From assembly GCA_040217195.1 (NCBI GenBank), contig JAVJNR010000005.1, forward strand, positions 96,001 to 160,000: 64,000 nucleotides of DNA, read 5' to 3'. The notes below the pieces were generated by a model, which saw only the letters and a list, made by a program, of their open reading frames with translations, searched no databases and was not told where the DNA came from. Every line of letters begins with the position of its first letter. Positions within the stretch are counted from its first letter, which is position 1. Source of the DNA: Leptospiraceae bacterium (GTDB taxonomy: Bacteria; Spirochaetota; Leptospiria; Leptospirales; Leptonemataceae). Of this stretch, positions 30,893-39,854 are shown piece after piece. A program made the position numbers and the translations under genes.

Positions 30893-32110
30893 ATGAAGTA
30901 TCAGCTTCTGGCTCAATACAGGGCCTACAAAGAGGGAAAAGATAAACAGACTGAAGAACACCTGTCCGGACTCATATATAGACAAATTCTGTTCTGGCTG
31001 GAAAACGGAGCTCCAGATGAAAACTTTTACCTGGAACTGATAGAACTGGCCAGTGAAATAGACGACCCTTTCTTCACAGGGGAGCGAGGTCTTCTGGATC
31101 TCTGCTTGCTGGAGCTTACCGAAGCTCTACATTCCTACAGGGATCTGAATGGAAATCAGGATGTCACCGAATTCTATCTGAAAGAAGCCAAACTACCCCT
31201 GCTGGCAAGACTGGATGAATCATCCTACAGACTGCAGAAGAATCTGGAATTTAACGAAGTCGATTTTCCAATCTTTGAAATCATCGAAGGCAGTTTCCCT
31301 CATGAAACCGCCCAGAACTTCATCCGCGAAAAGGAATGGGTAGATATCTGGCTGGCTCTACGCTATCTGGACAGCCTGGAGGATGAAGGTCAGGTGCTTA
31401 ATATCCTGGAAAGGATGATGGAAATCCGAAAGCCACTGCCAGAATCATTGATACTTCTGGCCTACTTGATGATGACCAGACCTGAAGTAATGGATCAGTA
31501 TCTCCGAGGAGAAGATGCTGGAATTACAATTACCGATCGTCTCCATCCAGATCTAATTCAAAATGCCTACGATTGCAGCTATGACTTTGTCTGGAACGGC
31601 GAACTTGCTCTTAGCTACATAGAATCCATTGATGCAGACTGGAAAAATGAGGTTTTATTCTGCCTGCTTTCCATGTTTGAGATTAGTCAATGTCAGCTCT
31701 CTCCTGCCTGGGTTCAGGCCATTGAAGAGTCCGTTCGAAACCCCTGGCCCTACGATGAACGTCTGGAAAGCGGTGTGTTCAGGCATCAGCCTCTGGTTGA
31801 ATTCAGCGCAAGTATCATGGCATTGCTTTCCGAAGAAGAGCTGTTTGATGTTCTGGAAACCAGCCGAATCCTGATCTACTTCTTCGAAAACCTGGGCACG
31901 TATACCGGTCAGGCCTTTGAGGATATGCTGGAAGCTCTTTGTCGTGTAGAAGGCTTATTTCTCCAGGAGCTCGAATTTCAGCTGGAGCAGTTGATGAATT
32001 CCAGCAAAGCACGCATCCAGAAAAGAATGCAACGCTGCGCTCGATCCATTGGCCGCGAAGTGATCTTTAGAGATGGACGGCCAACTCTAATCGATCAGGA
32101 AACCACTTGA
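30893..32110 (+). CDS. Hypothetical acidic alpha-helical protein
   Basis: Long ORF, AAGGGGA RBS before ATG 30893 (alternative start 30875); no recognised motif. Confidence 0.7.
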   Translation: MKYQLLAQYRAYKEGKDKQTEEHLSGLIYRQILFWLENGAPDENFYLELIELASEIDDPFFTGERGLLDLCLLELTEALHSYRDLNGNQDVTEFYLKEAKLPLLARLDESSYRLQKNLEFNEVDFPIFEIIEGSFPHETAQNFIREKEWVDIWLALRYLDSLEDEGQVLNILERMMEIRKPLPESLILLAYLMMTRPEVMDQYLRGEDAGITITDRLHPDLIQNAYDCSYDFVWNGELALSYIESIDADWKNEVLFCLLSMFEISQCQLSPAWVQAIEESVRNPWPYDERLESGVFRHQPLVEFSASIMALLSEEELFDVLETSRILIYFFENLGTYTGQAFEDMLEALCRVEGLFLQELEFQLEQLMNSSKARIQKRMQRCARSIGREVIFRDGRPTLIDQETT

Positions 32111-32634
32111 TTCACAGTCCTGGAAGCTTTCAGATCACATTAAAGCTATTTCTTTGTGATCTGGAGTCGCAAATCGAACAATCATCCACAAATTCCGGGA
32201 ATTTCATTAATCCAGCGGAAATAGCATCTCTGCTTGTACTCAAAGATCGGGGTACCGGCCAGGGAGATCTTCCCGGCGGACGCCTCAATCATGATGAAAT
32301 CTATGAACCGTTTGAACTGAGCCTGGCTCGCGAAGTCAAGGAGGAGTTGGGAGATGTTTCCTGTGAAATCTATCCCGATCCAATATTTATCTTTCCGCAT
32401 TTCGTAGAAAAAGATCAGGCCGATGCTCTGGGAGTAGCCTACATAGGACGATTTCTTCGCGGAGGCATCCAACTGTCCGAAGAGCATACTCAGTATTCAT
32501 GGAGGCCTCTGGAAGCCCTTGTTCCGGAGTCAATGTTTGTGCATACGATGCTTGCAGCAGTACAGCGATTTCATGGTCAGCGCCAATTGTTTCTGGATCG
32601 ACTGAAATCCGGGCAGATGATTACTTTGCCTTGA
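32107..32634 (+). CDS. NUDIX hydrolase
   Basis: LPGGRLNHDE...AREVKEELG Nudix box; LSEEH. Confidence 0.85.
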   Translation: MIHSPGSFQITLKLFLCDLESQIEQSSTNSGNFINPAEIASLLVLKDRGTGQGDLPGGRLNHDEIYEPFELSLAREVKEELGDVSCEIYPDPIFIFPHFVEKDQADALGVAYIGRFLRGGIQLSEEHTQYSWRPLEALVPESMFVHTMLAAVQRFHGQRQLFLDRLKSGQMITLP

Positions 32635-32656
32635 CCCATTAATTAGAGTTCCTCCT

Positions 32657-33544
32657 TTGAAACCCATGTCTAGATTCTCGCCAGCGGTAATTTCTATTTT
32701 TGTTGTATGTATGGTTTTCTGTTCCCCGGGCGCCCAGGCCAGACAGGAACGGTATTCGGCTCCCCTGTCCCCGGGTTACCATAAGGATTTGCAGGAATCC
32801 GGTGTTGCCTATGACATTTATGTTCCGGCTGCGGCCAATGAAAAAGACCAGGAAGTTCCCTACAGACTGCTTCTGGTTCTTCCTGGCTGGAAATTCGATA
32901 AATCTAGATGGTTCAAAGAAACGGACCTGAAGCAATATGCGGATCGGCATTCTGTTATACTCGTTCTTCCGCAAATGCATACAAGCCTGTATGCCAGCAG
33001 CTACTTTCCGGAAACCAGATTGAAATGGAATCCCTCTCCTGGACTTGCCTTCCTGAACACTAAATTCATCCCGGGATTAAGGAGTAAGTACGGCCTTTTC
33101 CAGCCCGGGAAGCAGAACTATTTGCTGGGCTTATCCACCGGAGGACGGGGCGTAGCGTTGATCGCATTGAGTAACCCGGGACTCTTTGAGGCTGGCGCTT
33201 CTTTCTCCGGAGACTTCGATCAGAGCGTAATGCCCACAGATAAACTCATGACTGCGCTTTACGGACCATTTGAGCGTTATTCGAAGCGCTGGAGAACCAT
33301 CGACAACCCGGTGCATCTTGCCGATCAATGGACCATGCCATTGTACCTTTCCCATGGCAAGGCCGACCGAATTGTTCCTCCGGACCAGACTCGCCGCTTC
33401 TATGAAGCGATTCAAAGGAAGCAGGGCCCCTCTGTAGATGTGAAACTGAATATGGTAGAAGGCTCGGCTCACGATTTTACGTTCTGGAACCAGCAACTGG
33501 AACCTGCATTTCAGTTCTTCGCAAAATACTTCAATGGCAAATAG
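32657..33544 (+). CDS. Secreted alpha/beta hydrolase (esterase family)
   Basis: Signal peptide; GLSTGG nucleophile, HGKAD, HDF triad. Confidence 0.85.
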   Translation: MKPMSRFSPAVISIFVVCMVFCSPGAQARQERYSAPLSPGYHKDLQESGVAYDIYVPAAANEKDQEVPYRLLLVLPGWKFDKSRWFKETDLKQYADRHSVILVLPQMHTSLYASSYFPETRLKWNPSPGLAFLNTKFIPGLRSKYGLFQPGKQNYLLGLSTGGRGVALIALSNPGLFEAGASFSGDFDQSVMPTDKLMTALYGPFERYSKRWRTIDNPVHLADQWTMPLYLSHGKADRIVPPDQTRRFYEAIQRKQGPSVDVKLNMVEGSAHDFTFWNQQLEPAFQFFAKYFNGK

Positions 33545-34373
33545 CTACGATCTCACAGACCGCGAATTCAAAGAAATTCGAGACCTTTTCTACAGCCTGT
33601 CCGGAGTATTACTTGCCGACACAAAGCGAAGCCTGATGGCCGGACGACTGGCGAAAATTCTGCGAGAGTTACAGCTCGATACATACCAGCAATATGCGGA
33701 CTACGTTCGCTCGGATCGATCAGGCCAGGAAAAACAACGACTGGTTGATACTCTGACCACAAATGAAACCTACTTCTTTCGCGAGGATGCCCATTTCGAA
33801 TTACTGCGAAATGAATTAATTCCGGAATTAAAGAGCCGAAACCGACCGCCAATTACCATCTGGAGCGCCGCATGTTCTACTGGACCGGAGCCCTACTCGG
33901 CTGCCATGGAGCTGGCCAACTTACTTGGATTTAGCGGATGGCAGATCTCTGGAAGCGATATTTCTCATAGAACGGTAAAGCAGGCCGCCTCCGGACTGTA
34001 TCCGCTTGAAATGGTGGAGAGGATTCCAGAGCCCTACAGAAAAAGATTCTGCCTGAAGGGCGTCCGTTCCCAGGAAGGCAAGTTTATCATCCGAAAAGAA
34101 ATCAGAGATCAATGCCAATTCTTCACCTGGAATCTAATGACTCGACCTGCAGGCTTTGGTCCATTTGATATTATTTTCCTGCGCAATATGCTGATTTACT
34201 TTAATCCAGATGAAAAAGAAACCATCATAAGAAATATAGTTTCTGCCCTTCGTCCGGACGGTTATTTGATCGTAGGTCATTCCGAAGCGTTGAATTTTGC
34301 ACAGTCCTATCTGGACAAGGTGCGGCCTACGGTGTATAGGCCCCTGGGAAGTAACTTTAGCCAGGCAGGTTAG
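33534..34373 (+). CDS. cheR: Chemotaxis protein-glutamate methyltransferase
   Basis: LTTNETYFFRE, IWSAACSTGPEPYS, DIIFLRNMLIYF, GHSE. Confidence 0.95.
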   Translation: MANSYDLTDREFKEIRDLFYSLSGVLLADTKRSLMAGRLAKILRELQLDTYQQYADYVRSDRSGQEKQRLVDTLTTNETYFFREDAHFELLRNELIPELKSRNRPPITIWSAACSTGPEPYSAAMELANLLGFSGWQISGSDISHRTVKQAASGLYPLEMVERIPEPYRKRFCLKGVRSQEGKFIIRKEIRDQCQFFTWNLMTRPAGFGPFDIIFLRNMLIYFNPDEKETIIRNIVSALRPDGYLIVGHSEALNFAQSYLDKVRPTVYRPLGSNFSQAG

Positions 34374-34449
34374 TAAGGGTGCTGCGAAGGAATTCCGTAG
34401 AGTTCGGTAGCACTGCTCACTGGTATCAGAACAAAGAATTAGTTTTTCC

Positions 34450-35328
34450 ATGAAATCTTCGATCTTATATTCTCTGGTTTTTACTCTGGCACTGGCCGGA
34501 ATTTCGATTTACCAGTCTCTACATCTAACACAGCCCAGGAAATTCATCCTGGCCACTGCAAGGCTGGCTCAGACACCAGGCGGTCTTGATCAGCATGATT
34601 TCCATGGACCGGCAGCCCTGCTGGATGGCTCCAGAGGATCGACTTCCTACATGTCTTATCCACTGGGACCGGAAGGCAAAAATTATTTCTGGCTGGAAAT
34701 GGCAGTAAGTCATTTTCCCGAGTTGCTATCCGCTTCAGGCCATAACCATCTATCCAGGAGAGTCCAAGCCACCGGCACACCCTCGGATGGACTGACGTTG
34801 CTATCCTCACTTCAGCCGAATCGCTCCATACGATTTCAGCGCCGCATTCCGGATCGAATCAGAATTACAAATGGCTCCTGTGATTCGAATCTGGAAAATG
34901 GGAATCAGGGCTTAAACTACAACCCATCTGGTGGCGACGCAAATACCCAACCGTTTGTCAAGATTCGTAGAGCTCGCCTGGATTTCTATTATCGTCCTTT
35001 GAATGATCCAGACCAGGACTTTGGTTATCCGCAGTCCAATCCCGTGGGTAGCTTTGAAATTGAAGTGCCGGACCAGGCAATGAACTTTGATTTTCCGTTA
35101 AAGTTACCAGAGCCTGCAGATTCTGCCCACTTTCCCGGAGGGATGCATATGATTCTGCTCAAGCTAACCATTCTTGAAGTGCAGCCGGCTACTGCACCGA
35201 AAAAGGACACCGCCCGGACCATTCTGGATGCCAGAAAAGAGGGGCCCATTCTATCCATTTGCGAAATTCAATACGCGGATCGTCCGGCCGGAGTGGACGA
35301 ATCGGAGGATTTTTTCGTTTTCTGGTAA
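34450..35328 (+). CDS. Hypothetical N-anchored protein, possible discoidin/NADase-type glycan-binding fold
   Basis: N-terminal TM; LLDG..., IRITNG, LKLTILEV, ICEIQY pattern. Confidence 0.55.
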   Translation: MKSSILYSLVFTLALAGISIYQSLHLTQPRKFILATARLAQTPGGLDQHDFHGPAALLDGSRGSTSYMSYPLGPEGKNYFWLEMAVSHFPELLSASGHNHLSRRVQATGTPSDGLTLLSSLQPNRSIRFQRRIPDRIRITNGSCDSNLENGNQGLNYNPSGGDANTQPFVKIRRARLDFYYRPLNDPDQDFGYPQSNPVGSFEIEVPDQAMNFDFPLKLPEPADSAHFPGGMHMILLKLTILEVQPATAPKKDTARTILDARKEGPILSICEIQYADRPAGVDESEDFFVFW

Positions 35329-35353
35329 AGGCACTTTAAAAGGCTCAGTACTG

Positions 35354-36175
35354 ATGGCTCAAAATAGACTGAAATATCCATCTCATTGGCTCAAGGCCCA
35401 TAAAGAGGGCCGACGAATTGCAATGTGCACCTGCTATGATCACTCCATTGCATCTTTAATGTCCGGCACGAACGTGGATGCCATTCTTGTGGGAGATTCC
35501 ATGGGCATGGTTGTTCAGGGCAAACGCTCCACCGTGCCTGTAACCCTGGATCAAATCATTTACCACGCAGAAATGGTGCGCCGTGGAGCCCCGGAACAGT
35601 TCCTGATCGTAGATATGCCTGCCGGTAGCTATCATTCTTCGATTGAATCGGCCGTGGACAATGCAATGCGAATTATGAAAGAAACCGGTGCCGATGGAGT
35701 TAAGCTGGAGGGCTCATCGCCTTTTCTGATCCAGGTGGTTACCAGGCTGGTGGAATCCGGCATTCCGGTGATGGGTCATACTGGACTTACTCCACAGAGC
35801 GTACTTACGGCCGGCGGATACAGAGTGCAGGGAAAGACCACTGAGAGCGCTGCTCTTTTAAAAGAAGCAGCCCTTTCGCTTCAAGAAGCTGGATGTTTCG
35901 GTCTATTACTGGAACTGGTAGAAGCCAATGTAGCCCGGGAGTTAACTGAAACCCTGAACATCCCTACCATCGGCATTGGTTCCGGCGCAGGAACATCTGG
36001 TCAGGTCCTGGTACTGCACGATCTTCTGGGGCTGGATCCAAACTTTTCACCGAAGCATACCAGGAAGTTCACTGATCTGGCATCCCCCATAGTCCAGGCT
36101 TTAAACCAGTATGCGGATGAAGTGCAAAACGGTAGCTTTCCCGGTCCAGAAAACTCCTTCTTCGCTGAACCCTGA
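35354..36175 (+). CDS. panB: 3-methyl-2-oxobutanoate hydroxymethyltransferase
   Basis: ILVGDSMGM, VDMP, VKLEG, MGHTGLTPQ, TIGIGSG, GQVLV. Confidence 0.97.
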   Translation: MAQNRLKYPSHWLKAHKEGRRIAMCTCYDHSIASLMSGTNVDAILVGDSMGMVVQGKRSTVPVTLDQIIYHAEMVRRGAPEQFLIVDMPAGSYHSSIESAVDNAMRIMKETGADGVKLEGSSPFLIQVVTRLVESGIPVMGHTGLTPQSVLTAGGYRVQGKTTESAALLKEAALSLQEAGCFGLLLELVEANVARELTETLNIPTIGIGSGAGTSGQVLVLHDLLGLDPNFSPKHTRKFTDLASPIVQALNQYADEVQNGSFPGPENSFFAEP

Positions 36176-36286
36176 AATCTAATACCGAACCTCTATTGTA
36201 GATTCAGTGTTAGGGCAAGTCATTGGATCAATTGAAGGATTAATTGGATGCTTCCGGACGAAGCAATGTCCGGGTCTTCAAGTCAT

Positions 36287-36698
36287 GGCGAATCCGACGG
36301 TTATCGAATGCCCGGATCAGCTTCCGGATCGCTGTCAAGTATTCCAGCAACATGCAAAGTGCAGATCTGCCCCCACTCGCGACAAAAGGCGAACCCGACG
36401 GTTATCGAATGCCCGGATCAGCTTCCGGATCGCTGTCAAGGATTCCAGGAACATGCAAAGTGCAGATTTGCCCCCGCTCGCGACAAAAGGCGAACCCGAC
36501 GGCTATCGAATGCCCGGATCAGCTTCCGGATCGCTGTCAAGGATTCCAGTAACATGCAAAGTGCAGATATGCCCCCACTCGCGACAAAAGGCGAACTCGA
36601 CGATTATCGAATGCCCGGATCAGCTTCCGGATCGCTGTCAAGGATTCCAGTAACATGCAAAGTGCAGATTTGCCCACACTCGCGACAAAAGGCGAACC
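36287..36698. repeat. Tandem repeat: 4 x 101 bp plus an 8-bp partial copy
   Basis: Units start at 36287, 36388, 36489, 36590 and (partial) 36691; 2-4 substitutions per unit versus consensus, no indels. Confidence 0.97.
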
Positions 36699-36771
36699 AC
36701 GCTGCGCCCCGGGCCCTCGAGGATGGCATGCCGAGACTGAATGAGATATTCAATGATACTCAAACAATTTA

Positions 36772-36800
36772 TTGGACTCTGACATTTAATTGCCTATAAT
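36772..36800 (+). promoter_or_regulatory. Putative sigma70 promoter TTGGAC-N17-TATAAT (leaderless geometry)
   Basis: Perfect TATAAT ending 6 nt before ATG 36807; no SD. Confidence 0.5.
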
Positions 36801-36806
36801 TGATGA

Positions 36807-37244
36807 ATGAATGTCTTAGGACGAACTCTGGCTTTTCTGCTGATTGTCATCCATGGCGGTTTGCTAATCTGGGCCCTGGTCGGATTTCTAGAATTTCATC
36901 CTGAGTGGGTTTTTACCGATATTTCCAACCCTCTGTTCGGTCGGACCACTCTACTCTGGCAATGGTCCATTGTTGCTGTGGCATCCCTGGCCTACCTTCT
37001 GGGGTTTGGTTTTCGCATGCACTGGCTTCCGGAAATCATGACTGTGTTTTACGGAGTGATGGCTATTACATGTGCATATCAGACATTTTTCATATTGTTA
37101 CACGACTCTAGATTTATGCAAATGGCAATCGAGTTTCTGGAATACACTCTGATTCTCTGGATTCTATACAGAAATGTCTGGTTTGAGCGATGGCTGGGTC
37201 GAAAGCAGAATACTCCTACAGGCTCTGTTGAAACAGACAGATAG
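36807..37244 (+). CDS. Hypothetical 4-TM membrane protein
   Basis: Four hydrophobic segments. Confidence 0.7.
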   Translation: MNVLGRTLAFLLIVIHGGLLIWALVGFLEFHPEWVFTDISNPLFGRTTLLWQWSIVAVASLAYLLGFGFRMHWLPEIMTVFYGVMAITCAYQTFFILLHDSRFMQMAIEFLEYTLILWILYRNVWFERWLGRKQNTPTGSVETDR

Positions 37245-37306
37245 ATTGCCGATTTCCGATTGGAGCAGCCGGGTTGTGCCCTGGAGATACAGCGAAGCTT
37301 AGAATT

Positions 37307-37774
37307 CTAACGCATCCATTCTTGCTGAATCTGATCTGTGGTAACAGACGATGGCAAAGAGCGCTCATAGCTTTCTTTTTGGAACTTACGAATCTGCTTC
37401 TGGATTTCTTCCGGAAGTTCACTAACATCTCTTTCTCTGGGCAGCTGACTTTCCATACTATAATAGATGTCTGCGGCCAGCGTCATTCCCGGAGTCTGGG
37501 ATAGCTGCTGCGAATACTCATCGTATAGCATGTCTTCAAAAATATCCTGGCGGTTTCCGCCATAGAGCGGATTATCCTCTTTATTGATAGTCTTTCGCAT
37601 GCTATCCAGCATCATATCAAAGAAAAGCCCCTGAAACTTTTGTGCCGTTTCGTAGAGTTTCTTTCGCTCGCCAGTAAGTTCCATCTTCGCTGGATCCGGA
37701 CGAGTTTCAATATTCGAAGAAGAGTGCCTGCCCTGCAATTCCTGGGGAATCGGCTTATCCAGAGAGATATCCAT
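37307..37774 (-). CDS. flgJ: Flagellar rod-binding protein (single-domain FlgJ)
   Basis: LYETAQKFQGLFFDMMLDSMRKT, IFEDMLYDEYSQ; follows flgI; no muramidase domain. Confidence 0.85.
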   Translation of the reverse strand: MDISLDKPIPQELQGRHSSSNIETRPDPAKMELTGERKKLYETAQKFQGLFFDMMLDSMRKTINKEDNPLYGGNRQDIFEDMLYDEYSQQLSQTPGMTLAADIYYSMESQLPRERDVSELPEEIQKQIRKFQKESYERSLPSSVTTDQIQQEWMR

Positions 37775-37781
37775 ACTATGA

Positions 37782-37808
37782 ATGTCGGTTCTGGCTGGAA
37801 TTCCTGAA
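37782..37808 (-). promoter_or_regulatory. Putative sigma28-like promoter of flgJ (TTCA-N15-ACCGACAT)
   Basis: The -10 octamer ends 7 nt before the ATG. Confidence 0.35.
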
Positions 37809-37998
37809 GTAAAAGGAGATGTAATAATGAAGCTTAAAGTTCCCGGGGTCTATGTCAACGAATGTCCTGGGCCTGGTAATAGCCACCAGCAGAGGTCCCC
37901 GGATCACCAGGAGGTATGGCGCATCCGCATAGATTTCCCTTGCATGCTATGCCCTGGAAGGCCTGCCAATGAATTTGGAGGCCGCAGAAAGGGGGAAA

Positions 37999-39108
37999 TT
38001 ACATGACTACCAGTTCAGCATGCAGGGCGCCCGAATCTCTTAGAGCTTCCAGAATGGATATGATATCCTGGACTGTAGCTCCCATTTCATTCAGGGCTTC
38101 CACTATCTCGGCAATAGAGGCACCGGAAAACTCCCTGGTTGTTTCCCGGGCCTTTTCATTCCCAGCTGGAGGGGCCACATAGACTCCCTGGTATGCTTCC
38201 CTGGATGAGTTGATCTGGAGCTGAATCCCGCCTCTTGAAATGGCTACTGGATCAACCCGAATTTCGCCGCCCATGACAATAGTGCCGGTTCTTTCATTGA
38301 TAACCACTCGGGCCGGATAACTGGGCTCAACGCGAAGCTGTTCCACCTGGGCAATCCAGGATACAGGCTCTTCGTTCTCTGGAACGGTTATCACCACCGA
38401 CGAACCGTCGATGGCTGCTTTGAGTTCTGGAAAGCTACTTTGAACCTTCTTATGTACACGGTCCAGCGTCGTAAAATCAAACGATTTCAGCTGTATTCTA
38501 ATTTCTCGGCTTTTGAAAAGGCTTTCCTGCAAATCCTTTTCTACCATAGCGCCATTGAGAACTACACCTACGGTGCGGCCTGCATCATCGTTTTGATTTC
38601 TTCGGTCCGTGGCTGAAATAACTCCCTGAGCCACGGCATAAATAGTATCGTTGCCTGCCTGGAGAGGCGTTTGAATCAAAACTCCGTTTTCCAGGCTCTT
38701 CGCATCTCCAATGCTGGATACAGTTACATTGATTCGATCCCCTTTTCGTGCGAAAGCTGGAATCTCTGCGGTTACGATCACCGCTGCAATGTTTCTTGCT
38801 CTCAGCTCCTTTTCCGAAAAGTTCTGACCCAGGTTACCCAGCAAATTCTGGATGGATGTGCTGGCCAGGGTGCTTCTGGTATCGCCAGTTCCTGGAAGTC
38901 CAACAACAATTCCATACCCCAGAAGCTGATTGGTTCGAACCCCCTGAATTCTGGCCAGGTCTTTTAGTCGAACCCCTTTTTCATTGGAAGGCTCCTCGCC
39001 TCTGGAAGTCATGGGAAGAATTACAAAAACAATCAGAAGAGCGATTAGAATACCCGGCAGCCTGATTCTGCCGGCAAGGCCCGGGCGCTGTGAATTCAGA
39101 AGTCTCAC
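37999..39108 (-). CDS. flgI: Flagellar P-ring protein
   Basis: RLKDLARIQGVRTNQLLGYGIVVGLPGTGD, VVINERTGTIVMG, GALHAEL. Confidence 0.97.
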   Translation of the reverse strand: MRLLNSQRPGLAGRIRLPGILIALLIVFVILPMTSRGEEPSNEKGVRLKDLARIQGVRTNQLLGYGIVVGLPGTGDTRSTLASTSIQNLLGNLGQNFSEKELRARNIAAVIVTAEIPAFARKGDRINVTVSSIGDAKSLENGVLIQTPLQAGNDTIYAVAQGVISATDRRNQNDDAGRTVGVVLNGAMVEKDLQESLFKSREIRIQLKSFDFTTLDRVHKKVQSSFPELKAAIDGSSVVITVPENEEPVSWIAQVEQLRVEPSYPARVVINERTGTIVMGGEIRVDPVAISRGGIQLQINSSREAYQGVYVAPPAGNEKARETTREFSGASIAEIVEALNEMGATVQDIISILEALRDSGALHAELVVM

Positions 39109-39854
39109 TGGCTAACTTCTCCACTTTCGCCCAGGATCCGGTTCAAGTACTCCAGCAGGATTTGTTGCTTTTCAGCATCGCTTAACTCGGCGCTGGGCTG
39201 AGCCGGATCTCCGGGATTTTCACCTGCATTCTGTTTCATCTGAATATTATCGCGGCTGGCATCAGGTCCGCCCTGAATCACAACCTGAAGATCGGCCACC
39301 CTGGATGAATGGATGGTTTTACCGGGCATGATATCTCCAGCATTGACTCTACCCGTTACCTGCACTGCCTGTCTTGCAGTTCCCTGTTGATAGGCCAAAA
39401 GTTTGGTACCACTGAAGGTTACGGTACCTGTGTTCTGATCAATTCCCTGAATCGTTACGGCCAGATCCATAACCAGACGGCCTCTGCTTCGGATCCGGGC
39501 ATCTTTTTTCTCAGTTATGGTGCGGGTATCGTCCGCCGGAGGAAGGAATTCGAATAGTTTGGAATCGGGAACCATCTTGATCTGCACTTCATCCATCAAA
39601 TCCCCTTCCAGAAGATAATCCACAACCATGGGTTCTCGGATCTGCAATTTCAGGATTTCGCCTTCTCGCAATTCTATTGAGATTCCATAGGGATTTTTGT
39701 CCTGCCAGAGGTCTTCTGCATTTAGAAAAGCCCCGCGTAGGATAAGAGGTAAAACAAATACGGCCAGAGCTGAAAGTAGAACTGTCGCTACAAATGAGTA
39801 GCCCTGGGATCGCAATTGTCTGTGCCTTACAATTTCTCTGGATTCATGGCTCAT
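39105..39854 (-). CDS. flgH: Flagellar L-ring protein homologue
   Basis: Position between flgA and flgI; TGRV...DI.....IHSSRVAD motif; start at MSHES (39854). Confidence 0.8.
   Translation of the reverse strand: MSHESREIVRHRQLRSQGYSFVATVLLSALAVFVLPLILRGAFLNAEDLWQDKNPYGISIELREGEILKLQIREPMVVDYLLEGDLMDEVQIKMVPDSKLFEFLPPADDTRTITEKKDARIRSRGRLVMDLAVTIQGIDQNTGTVTFSGTKLLAYQQGTARQAVQVTGRVNAGDIMPGKTIHSSRVADLQVVIQGGPDASRDNIQMKQNAGENPGDPAQPSAELSDAEKQQILLEYLNRILGESGEVSQ

Noticed and set aside
36207..36653. ORFs 36207-36653 and 36244-36552 as genes
   Set aside because: They are frame-shifted readings of the same 101-bp repeat, with non-ATG starts.
36287..36698. CRISPR or guide-RNA array
   Set aside because: The units are near-identical along their full 101 bp, with no unique spacers and no cas or nuclease gene nearby.
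36287..36698. Tandem hammerhead ribozymes
   Set aside because: No CUGAnGA...GAAA core on either strand.
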